Shown piece after piece: positions 1-8,659 of a stretch of DNA of 10,949 nt (position 1 is its first letter; each line of letters opens with the position of its first letter). Source of the stretch: Octopus sinensis (Eukaryota); contig NW_021827187.1 in NCBI RefSeq assembly GCF_006345805.1, forward strand, positions 1-10,949, given 5' to 3'. The notes below the pieces were generated by a model that saw only the letters and a list, made by a program, of their open reading frames with translations, was not told the DNA's origin and did no database searches. A program made the position numbers and the translations under genes.

Positions 1-197
1 ACTGTAGTTATTTTTTTTCGCATATGTATTTTTTTTGATAAAATTGTTGTTGTCGTTAATATTTTGTGTTGTTTTGTTTTGTTCTTTGTTTATTTATCAA
101 TTTTTTTCTCTCCTGTTTTTGTATTTCATGTGATGTGTAACCATCAGGTATCAACTGACACATCTATTAAGTAAATAGTACTTCGGAGATTCTCTAC

Positions 198-202
198 ATG
201 TG

Positions 203-236
<34 letters not shown>

Positions 237-745
237 TGTATGGATGTGTACGTTTCTGTGTGTGAATGTTTGTGTGCATGTGTATGTGTAAATATGTGTG
301 TGTATGTGTATGTTAATGCACGTGTGTGTATGTGTGCGTTTGTGTATGTGAATGTGTATGCATGTGTAACTGTAAATATGTGTGTGTGTGTGTATGTATG
401 CGTTTGTGTGTGTGAATGTGTGTGCATGTGCATGTGTGAATATGTGTGTGTATGAACGTGTGCATTTGTGTGTGTGAATGTGTGCGTGTGTATGTGTGAA
501 TTGTGTGTATGTGTGCGTATGTATGAATGTGTCTGTGTGCGTGTCCGTGAATGTGTGAGTGTGCGTGTGTGAATGTTAATGTGTTTGTAAATGAGTGTGT
601 ATGTGTGAATATGTGTCTGAGCGAACGTGTGTGTGTGTGTGTATGTGTGAGTGTGTGTGTGTGAATTGTGTGTGTGTATGGATGCTTGAGTGTGTGAATA
701 TGAATGTGTGTGTGGATCAGTGTGTGCGCGTGTCTGTATGTGTCT
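198..745. repeat. Degenerate (TG)n microsatellite array
   Basis: Long interrupted TGTG/TGTA/TGAA runs. Explains the V/C and H/T-rich ORFs at 194-887. Confidence 0.95.
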
Positions 746-807
746 GGTGGGGATGTTTATCCTGGGAGTTGAGGTGGAGATGATGACGGCGTATGTGATG
801 GTGCGGA

Positions 808-874
808 AACACACACGCACACGCACACGCCCACACACACACACATACACTCACACCCACACGCACACACACAT
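808..874. repeat. (CA)n microsatellite
   Basis: acacacgcacacgcac...acacac, the opposite orientation to the TG array just upstream. Confidence 0.95.
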
Positions 875-894
875 TGACAAATTCTAACAAAGTT

Positions 895-1024
895 TCTCTA
901 TCTCTATCTCTGTATCTGTGTCTGTCTATGTTTGTCTGTCTGTCTATATACACAAACATGCAATATATATATATTATCTTTTCATATCTGCTTGTCTCCC
1001 CCCCTCTCTCTCTCTATCTATCTA

Positions 1025-1060
<36 letters not shown>

Positions 1061-1085
1061 AATATCTCTCTATCTCTCCTCATCG

Positions 1086-1150
<65 letters not shown>

Positions 1151-1702
1151 ATCACAAGCATACACGCACGTATCAATGGATCTTTTTTCCACACTAATCG
1201 ATCTATCTGTCAATCTACCAATGCCACTTTCCATACGTATCTGTCGCTTTCTGTCTCTCTTTCCCCCATACTTATACGCGTATATGTATATACATATACA
1301 CGCAATTATGGCTATATCTTTTCACACCAGTCTGTATATCTATCCGTCAGTTTATGTTTGTGTCTGTGTATGTATTTGTGTCCTCTTAGCTCACTATCTT
1401 ACTCTCTCTCTCTCTCTCTCACTCTCTGTTCCTCCACTCTCTTTAAATATATATATATATACATTCACAAATACATACATATATATATATGTACATAGGT
1501 ATGTATATGCATATATATATATACATACATACACATATATACATATACATATCCACTAAGTCTGCATATAAGTATATATGTTATATCTATAGCTGTCTAT
1601 ATGTCATCTATCTACTATCTATCTATCTAATCTATCTATCTATCTATCTATCTATCTCTCTATCTATCTATCTATCTATCTATCTATATATAGTATCTAT
1701 CA

Positions 1703-1740
<38 letters not shown>

Positions 1741-1744
1741 CTTA

Positions 1745-1776
<32 letters not shown>

Positions 1777-1944
1777 CATACATACATATATACATATATT
1801 TATGTGTGTGTGTGTGTTCCAGTACGTTTTTGTATATATTATATACATATATATATGTATATATATATATTATATTATATAGTATATATATATATATGTA
1901 TATATATACTATATATATATATATATATAATATGTGTATATTAC

Positions 1945-1999
<55 letters not shown>

Positions 2000-2123
2000 G
2001 AATATATATTGACACTCATACTCCCACGTATACGTGTGTATGTTTTGGAAGAGGTGTATCGATGTATGGATATTATTACGTATATACATACATACATAGA
2101 TACATACACACACATATACATTC

Positions 2124-2156
<33 letters not shown>

Positions 2157-2245
2157 ATATGTATACATACATCTATCTATATATACATATATATGTGTGT
2201 ACTTGTGTGTGTGTGTATATGCAAATATGTACACGATCCTGTATA
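895..2245. repeat. Compound microsatellite region (CT)n/(TCTA)n/(TA)n/(CATA)n
   Basis: (TCTA)n at ~1015-1060 and ~1607-1686, (CT)n at ~1089-1118 and ~1402-1419, and many (TA)n runs from 1122 to 2195, with short unique spacers. Confidence 0.95.
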
Positions 2246-2832
2246 TAGTTTAGAATCATGATATCATCATAAGAAAACTTCCGAAAACAAGCAAATATCA
2301 ACTCTGTATACAATACCGAGATATGTTCGGATATATGAATTCGCTTTCCGATGATATGTCCGCTTAAAGCTGAGAGTTTTACTGGCGAAAAGAAAAGTAA
2401 AAAAAAACACAGAAAAGTGTTTCTGAATTTGTGTTAAGAAAACCCAACTAATGTACGATCGGAAATGTACAGAGCTGAACGTAGAAAATGGTTGAAAAGA
2501 TAAACTTACAAAAATGGTCGCCGAGTAAATAGAAAATTTTAAGCGTCGATCGAGAAGAAAAAAAAAAGAGGAAAAGAAAATAGAAAATAAAAGAAAAGAA
2601 ATGTTGGGAGGTTGCAGGGGTGGGTGGATGGGGGTGGGAGAAGGAAATATAAACAGGTAATATGATTAAGTGTAGACCAGATGTGTATGCGATTGTGCGT
2701 GTGTGTGTGTGTGTGGGGGGGACGGGGCGTGTTGATGTGCGCATGTGTTACGAAAAAGTGAGAGGAAACTGGTTGATGGTTTACATCGGTAATTTTCTCG
2801 GATGTACGTGATGTACAACATATGTACGTATA

Positions 2833-3019
2833 ACACACACAGACACCCACACACACACCCACACACACACACATATATGCACAAGCATACAATGCATATG
2901 CATACATATACACACATGATCAGAAATACGCACCCACACACATGAAGGTGTATATATGCATATAAATATGTTATATATACATATAAAAAAATCACACACT
3001 CACACGCACACACACATAT
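2833..3019. repeat. Degenerate (CA)n/(TA)n microsatellite
   Basis: Interrupted CACA runs read directly. Confidence 0.85.
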
Positions 3020-3022
3020 GTG

Positions 3023-3168
3023 CTGATGCAGATGATGTTGATGACGCTGATGATGATGATGATGATGATGTTGATGATGATGAGGATGATGATGATGATG
3101 ATGATGTTGATGATGATGATGATAATGACGATGATGATGATGATGATGACGACGACGACGACGACGAC

Positions 3169-3219
<51 letters not shown>

Positions 3220-3270
3220 GATAACGGTGACGACGACGATGATGATGACGACGACGATGACGGTGATGAC
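3023..3270. repeat. (GAT)n/(GAC)n trinucleotide repeat
   Basis: About 80 triplets of GAT with GAC blocks, giving the poly-D/M/H/I ORFs. Confidence 0.97.
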
Positions 3271-3499
3271 AGTTTCTTCGCGTCCGATGATCGCGAGGAA
3301 GAGCAGCCACGCCCTCACACGACAATGTAAACACCGATCTTTGATGCTGCAAAGGTTTTCTACTTGACGGCGCTTAGGCGTTTTAAAGTAAAAGTCAGTT
3401 CGCGAGGTCCGATTTTACTCTTTAGAGGTGGACCCGACCTCAATGGCTCAGCAGGCTAAGACAGCGGCAGTGACTAGTAAGCTCTAGGTTTTACATTAG

Positions 3500-3858
3500 A
3501 GTGACCTTCTCCTTATCGAACTAGAGAGCTCCACTAACTCTGGAATGGCCGGAACAATATCAAAGACGGTACCAAAATGCTTGAGACATTCAACTGCTGT
3601 ATTTGCTACCCAGGGTAGCTCCCATTGCTGTTTCGTTTCCCAAAGAACTCTTAAGCCTGTGAGGGGTTTTGCTAGGGGTTTCTTCCATAACATGCCAATT
3701 AAATCGTATCTGGAATCCTGACAGGTTCTACGATTCATGGTCAGAGAAGACTAAGGAATAATCGTGGCTAAGAGGGTGGTTCCAGACACTTTGAAATCCT
3801 GAATACTTAAATCAGAACTCCACTACCGAATGCAACTTAATGTCATACACAGCACCAG
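3500..3858 (-). mobile_element. Probable decayed 5'-UTR-like segment of an RTE-type LINE or related interspersed repeat
   Basis: More GC-balanced than the flanks. Minus strand reads gtatgacattaagttgcattcggtagtggag...gtcttctctgaccatgaatcgtagaacctgtcaggattcc, resembling, from memory only, a common invertebrate repeat (tatgacactaaactgcatc...ctctgacccggagtggtagtacctgttagggtccc). No ORF support, and boundaries are approximate. Confidence 0.35.
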
Positions 3859-3941
3859 CAGTGCTAGAAATAAGAGCTAACACAACTCATAGCCACAAGA
3901 AGCACTTATCTTAATGACAGATAAGGGAGACAAGCTCCCTC

Positions 3942-4015
3942 AGCACCTAGGCATAACCAGATCACAGTGATTTCGCATTTATATTAATGCTCATCAGTGA
4001 CTCTCACCTAGTGCC
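3942..4015 (-). ncRNA. Type I hammerhead ribozyme with intact core (Penelope-type)
   Basis: Minus strand: ggcacuaggugagaguca CUGAUGA gcauu-aauaua-aaugc GAAA ucac-u-guga UC^ ugguuaugccuaggugcu. CUGAUGA at 3997-3991, GAAA at 3974-3971, 5-bp stem II, palindromic stem III, AUC triplet at 3962-3960, and a bipartite stem I with G-U pairs. Confidence 0.88.
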
Positions 4016-4065
4016 TTGGGTTAAACTCAGCTCGCCTTGTCAGTTTATAAGATTGATTTATTTCC

Positions 4066-4191
4066 GGTATGTATGGGTTACTGTTGATCTTCCACAAACA
4101 ACCTTGCCCGGACTTGTGCCTTGGAAGGGAACTTTCTAGGTGCAAACTCACGATCATTCATGACAGACGGGGATCGTTACCCGTTTACCCT
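4066..4191 (+). mobile_element. Probable 3' fragment of a SINE/LINE-derived interspersed repeat
   Basis: Ends in a short repeated tail (ttacccgtttaccc). The body (cttccacaaacaaccttgcccggacttgtgcc...actttctaggtgcaa) resembles an octopus repeat recalled from memory. Confidence 0.4.
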
Positions 4192-4372
4192 GTTGAACAA
4201 CCGGCGTCAAAATTGACGGCACAAGAACTCAAGCCGTGTTTGACATTGAACTAAATTATCTATTACATAAAGTCTTGTTAAAACAATACTGTTCGATCTG
4301 AGAGAGAGATTTGGCTTTTCTTTCTAGCAAATCGAGTGATATTTACAGCGATATTTATGAAGGGAATACGGA

Positions 4373-4722
4373 AGTAGTATCGGTTTCGAATTTTGGCACA
4401 AATCCAAAAATTTCGGTGTGGTGGTGGTGGTGGCGGTGGCGGTGGTGGTGGTGGTGGTGGTGGTGGGGTGTTGGTGTTGGTGCTGGTGGTGGTGGTGGTG
4501 GTGTTTTGGTGGTGGTGGTGGTGGTGGTGTTGGTGGTGATGGTGGTGGTGGTGGTGATGGTGGTGGATAAGGTAGCGAGTAAGTCAATTACATCGACCCC
4601 AATTCTTAGCTGGTACTTATTTCATCGGCCCCGAAAGGATAAGAGGCAAAATCGACCTCGGCGACATCTGAACTCATAACGTAAAGACAGACGAAATGCC
4701 GCTAAGCATTTCGCCGAAGCGT
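4373..4722 (-). mobile_element. tRNA-derived SINE, family 1, copy A (5' end missing, interrupted by GGT repeat)
   Basis: 4581-4722 aligns with 7348-7491 (tggtactt..atcg.ccccgaaa.ga..a.aggcaaa.tcgac.tcgg...tgaactca...gacgaaat). 4381-4416 (ttttggcacaaatccaaaaatttcgg) matches the SINE 3' end seen in copies B and C. Confidence 0.85.
4415..4566. repeat. (GGT)n trinucleotide repeat inside SINE copy A
   Basis: About 50 GGT triplets with few interruptions. Confidence 0.97.
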
Positions 4723-4826
4723 TTATACAGAGCAAAATTTCTTTGAATAAGAGACTTTATTTTGGGAATTATACAAAGATAAGCATTTCCGCGTAATATT
4801 TATTTTTTTATATTCTATATATTGGG

Positions 4827-5033
4827 GAACTTTTGTTTACCTTTTTTACGTATGAAGTTCTAAGAGAGGATTCAAGAAAGGTTCCAATGGGCCAATTAAA
4901 TGGTTCACTGCTATTTTGTTTCTCTGCGACAATAAAGAATTTGTAAAGCGCTTTGAATGTTCATTGAACTGGATTTCTTATCCTTCGGGAGTTACTTTGT
5001 GATGAATTTTCACCGTTCTGAAGAGAATTAATT
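4827..5033. repeat. Local direct repeat unit, copy 1 of 3
   Basis: Core tccaatgggccaattaaatggttcactg (4883-4910), plus gtaaagcgctttgaatgttcattgaactggattt and ttttcaccg blocks shared with copies 2 and 3. Confidence 0.9.
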
Positions 5034-5034
5034 G

Positions 5035-5094
<60 letters not shown>

Positions 5095-5172
5095 AAGATA
5101 GATAGATAGATAGATAGTTAGATAGATAGATAGATAGATAGTTAGATAGCTAGATAGATGGATAGATAGATG

Positions 5173-5238
<66 letters not shown>

Positions 5239-5239
5239 A
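5035..5239. repeat. (GATA)n microsatellite
   Basis: About 50 near-perfect TAGA units. The array resumes at 5469-5512. Confidence 0.97.
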
Positions 5240-5240
5240 T

Positions 5241-5468
5241 GTTTCTTTATTAGCCACACAGGGCTGCACACAGACAGAACAAATTACAAGGTAGAGCTTT
5301 TCTTTTGGGGGTAAGAAAAGGGGCTGGTTTTCGATCAAAAGGGATTGTAAAAGGAAAGAAAGAGGACAAAAAATGGGGGAGGATTAAAAAAAAAGGGAAA
5401 GGGGGGGGGGAGAGGGGAAAAAGTGGGGGAGGAAAAAAAGTTGATCAATAGGGATCGTAATCACAGAA
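5241..5468 (-). mobile_element. Probable 5'-truncated non-LTR retrotransposon 3' UTR inserted in (GATA)n
   Basis: GATA repeats on both sides. The minus strand is pyrimidine-rich and ends ...gtgtggctAATAAAgaaac directly into (TATC)n. Clade not determinable from the sequence. Confidence 0.6.
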
Positions 5469-5830
5469 ATAGATAGATAGTTAGATAGATAGACAGATGG
5501 ATGGAGAGATAGTCACCGTCGTCATGAAACTGTTCATATCTACCTGAAATTTAAAGAACCGGTTATGTTTCATGTGAGTGAAAGGGAGAGAAGGAAACAG
5601 AGAATTTGGTGAGAATTTTCGTGTGTGAGTGGCGAGTCTGTGTGTGTGTGTGTGTGTGTGTTTGTGTTTTTGACAGTGCATATGTAAGTGGGCGTGCACC
5701 TACGCACCACGTACACCATCCATCATCACCGCCAGCACTTCAAGACAAACGCACACGCACCCTGTTTCTCCCACACTGAGTACTAGTCACGTAATTGATG
5801 TGTCCGTTGGTATTTGCTATTTACACATGA

Positions 5831-6088
5831 CACGAAATACGAAATGAAACCAGAAAACATAACAACGTGAACATTTATACTCGTGAACATTAGCCTTGTT
5901 TTATGTATGAGGCTCCAGCATGGGCTTTAAGAAAGGCTCCAACGGGCCAATTAAATGGTTCGCTGAAAGGTTTCTCCCTGTTATGATGAAGAATTAGTAA
6001 AGAGCTCTGGGTGTTTATTGAGCTGGATTTTCTTTCCCTTCGGGATAAAGTCTTCGAAGTGTTTTCAGCGTTGTAAAGATAATAAATT
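5831..6088. repeat. Local direct repeat unit, copy 2 of 3
   Basis: Core tccaacgggccaattaaatggttcgctg (5938-5965). Aligns with copy 3 from cacgaaa through gaacattag to agataataaatt. Confidence 0.9.
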
Positions 6089-6097
6089 ATATATATG

Positions 6098-6153
<56 letters not shown>

Positions 6154-6235
6154 TGACAGATGGCTGGATGGCTGGATATATACATCGATAGACTAACTGA
6201 TAGATCGATAGATGAATGGATAAACGGTGTATGTG

Positions 6236-6286
<51 letters not shown>

Positions 6287-6497
6287 ATATATATATATAT
6301 ATATATAGATATATATATATATATATATACACATACATACACGTACATACATACATATGCATACACGCATATACATATATTAGTTAGCTAGATAGATAAA
6401 TGGATAGATATGTAGCTATGTAGGTAGATAGGTAAGTAGGTATATAGATAGACAGGTGAATGGATAGATATATAGATAGACATAAATAGATAGATAG
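6089..6497. repeat. Compound (GATA)n/(TA)n/(CATA)n microsatellite
   Basis: Read directly, separating repeat copies 2 and 3. Confidence 0.95.
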
Positions 6498-6501
6498 TTC
6501 T

Positions 6502-6751
6502 CACGAAACAAATACAAACAAGTAAACCTAAGAACCCGAACAAATCATTAAGGAACATTAGTTTTGATTCACATACGAGCCTCCAAGAGTGGTCTCTAAG
6601 AGGACTCCAATGGGCCAATTAAATAGTTCACTGCAATTTACCTGTTACGATAAAGTGTTTGTAAAGAGCTTTGGATATTTATTGAACAGAATTTCTTCAC
6701 CCCAGGGATAAGGATTTTGGAATGTTTTCAACGCTATGTAGATAATAAATT
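6502..6751. repeat. Local direct repeat unit, copy 3 of 3
   Basis: Core tccaatgggccaattaaatagttcactg (6606-6633), with gtaaagagctttggatatttattgaac, gggataag, tgttttcaacg and agataataaatt blocks. Confidence 0.9.
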
Positions 6752-7299
6752 GGAAGCAAAATGAGAGCAAATTCTTTCAAGAGGTCCCACTAGTCAAGTA
6801 AATAATGTATTTTAGTTTTTGAACTTCATAATCTTTTGCAGAATTTCATTTTCCTCTTATAGATCTTCAGAGACGCAGCGTTAATATAGCAACAGCAATT
6901 TCGGAAAATTTCGGAACGAGAGTTGTGGGTTAAAAGTCTTCTGTGTGTGTGTATGTTAATGTGTATATGTGTGTATGAAAATTATATAAAGGGAATAAAT
7001 GTGCATATTTCGCAATATCACTAAATTGTTTCGTTTCCATTTTTCCAATGGTTTCCCGATCCAAATATTTTATGAATAGCGAGGTCCAGATCTTTAAAGT
7101 TATCTAATAATCCAACGGGGACACTGATGGAGTTGTCTGAGGGAACTTTCCGTTCCTTTTTTTAATTTAGAAGGATTCATATCTATTCTTGTACAAATGT
7201 TCAGTACTAGTTGCTACACATACATACAAAATATATATTTAATCTGCAGAAGTTACACAGCGACTCAGTGGCACTTACCACACACACACACACACACAC

Positions 7300-7516
7300 A
7301 TTCTTTTTTACTCTAGGCGCAAAGTACGGCATTTTTGGGGAGTGGGCCAGTCGATTAGATCGACCACAGTACGCAACTGGTACTTAATTTATCGACCCCG
7401 AAAAGAAGAAAGGCAAAGTCGACTTCGGTAGAATTTGAACTCAGAACCTAGCGGCAGACGAAATACCACTGAGCATTTTGCCCGGCGCGCTAACGTTTCT
7501 GCCAGCTCACCGCCTT
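7300..7516 (-). mobile_element. tRNA-derived SINE, family 1, copy B (full length)
   Basis: Minus strand aaggcggtgagcTGGCAGAAACGttagc (A-box-like) ... GAGTTCAAATTC (B box, 7442-7431) ... gtcgactttgcctttcttcttttcggggtcgataaattaagtaccag. Followed by (TG)n at 7300-7279. Homologous to 7800-8016. Confidence 0.92.
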
Positions 7517-7799
7517 ACATAAATACATATTGAATGACCTGTTGGTCGATGCTGTACCAACTTAATGACCGTCGTTAAGTTCTTTTCCCAATATTCAGTT
7601 TGTAGAAAAAGGTGGATTATACTGGATACAATATCAATTAGCAAGCAAACAAAACCCCTCGATAAGTTTCCCTCTTTAAACAACACACCTGACTTTTCTT
7701 AATGATTCTTCCACGACCTTAATGTTAATCACGTGATTTTGAGTCTTGAGGAAACATCAATTAATTAGAATTATTTCAAATGTCATTACTTGAGAATTG

Positions 7800-8016
7800 A
7801 GGCGGCGCGCTGGCAGAATTGTTAGCACGTCGAACAAATTGCTTAGTCGTATTTCGTTCGTCTTTACGTTCTGAGTTCAAATTCCGCTGAGGTCAATTTC
7901 GCCTTTCATCCTTTCAGGGTCAATAAAACAAATACCAGTTGAGAACTGGGGTCGATGTAATCGACTATCCCGTCTCCCCTAAATTTCAGGCCTTAGCCTA
8001 TAGCCGAAAGGATTAT
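7800..8016 (+). mobile_element. tRNA-derived SINE, family 1, copy C (full length)
   Basis: A-box-like tggcagaattg at 7811-7821, B box gagttcaaattcc at 7873-7885, core gcctttcatcctttcagggtcaataaa, 3' end gaaaggattat. Confidence 0.92.
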
Positions 8017-8166
8017 AAGGTGGCAAGCTGGCAGAATTGTTAGCACGTCGAACAAACTGCTTAGTGACATTTCGTACGTCTTTACGTTCTAAGTTCGAAT
8101 CCCACCTAAGTTGACTTTGCCTTTCATTCTTTCCGTGGCCAATAAAATAGCCACCAGTCAAGTACT
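8017..8166 (+). mobile_element. tRNA-derived SINE, family 1, copy D (3'-truncated, tandem to C)
   Basis: Starts immediately after copy C, has a perfect B box GTTCGAATCC at 8093-8102, and aligns to C for ~150 nt. Confidence 0.9.
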
Positions 8167-8179
8167 CTCCTCAAAAACT

Positions 8180-8608
8180 GAAGTTTGCGTCTCTCGGGAT
8201 GATCCCAATAATCAAGACCTGCCTGTTTATTTTACTGGTGATCGATCTCTGAGATGCTTCGGTTTTTAGGATATTTCGTTTCGTGTAGGGAGACCCCCAG
8301 CGGACGAAAGTATTCAGGGTGAGGACGGACGAAAATGGAGAAGAGAACGATAACGGTAGGTCCGTCCCTTGACCGAAAAGTACTGAGCATCAAGAAGCAC
8401 GACCTGTCGACTTTGTTCTTTATGTGGGCACTCCAACTTAAGTTGTTATCGACAGTTACTTCGAGGTCATTAGCGGTGTTTTAATGCACAAGATTTACAC
8501 TCGAGGGAAGAGTGTGGGTTAACATAAGTGCAGCCTCTTCACTGAAATGGATTAATTAAAATTCAGCTTCATTTAGCAGTTTATTATTTTCTTTATATGA
8601 TAGCTAAG
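8180..8608 (-). mobile_element. Decayed CR1/L2-type LINE ORF2 fragment (RT C-terminal/thumb region)
   Basis: Manual minus-strand translation: KENNKLLNEAEF*LIHFSEE...NDLEVTVDNNLSWSAHIKNKV...LMLSTFRSRD..TVIVLFSIFVRPHPEYFRPL/SPYTKRNILKTEASQRSITSKI/GLDYWD. This matches the CR1-type pattern N.M.FN..K....H, DLGV.VD..L.W..HI, LVRPHLEY..P.WSPY, E..QR..T..I. It has stops and two frameshifts. Confidence 0.88.
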
Positions 8609-8659
8609 AGTACCATTTTTCATAGGTTGTATATTTTTATACTCCCTCGTATTGCAATG

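Noticed and set aside
198-874. Fold-back between the (TG)n and (CA)n arrays
   Set aside because: Expected by chance at this microsatellite density.
194-2253. Many long ORFs on both strands
   Set aside because: Translations of di- and tetranucleotide repeats, with no protein-like composition.
2956-3330. Poly-Asp ORF resembling molluscan acidic shell proteins, with poly-His, poly-Met and poly-Ile ORFs in other frames
   Set aside because: It is a (GAT)n microsatellite open in several frames, its N-terminus derives from a CA repeat, and it has no signal peptide.
3694-3704. gccaattaaat matching the triplicated core
   Set aside because: Only 11 nt with no convincing flanking homology, so probably chance.
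3496-3738. 80-aa minus-strand ORF with ordinary composition
   Set aside because: No recognisable domain, and it lies within a probable interspersed repeat.
4311-4679. Trp/Gly/Val-rich and Pro/His/Thr-rich ORFs
   Set aside because: They come from the (GGT)n repeat inside a SINE.
5018-5024. CTGAAGA hammerhead-like box in repeat copy 1
   Set aside because: No stem II or GAAA follows, and it is not conserved in copies 2 and 3.
5517-5545. Possible 27-nt minus-strand microexon (tttcAG|...|GTgact)
   Set aside because: Weak donor and no independent support. Such motifs arise often by chance in AT-rich DNA.
4883-6633. CRISPR-like interpretation of the three 28-nt cores
   Set aside because: Eukaryotic context, spacing of 1055 and 668 nt, homology extending well beyond the core, and no cas genes.
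6577-6733. Minus-strand AG...GTATGT-bounded exon in repeat copy 3
   Set aside because: Stops occur in all three frames, and copy 2 lacks both splice dinucleotides.
7801-7890. tRNA gene suggested by A/B boxes (also at 9235-9290)
   Set aside because: No complete cloverleaf, and the sequence continues into SINE body.
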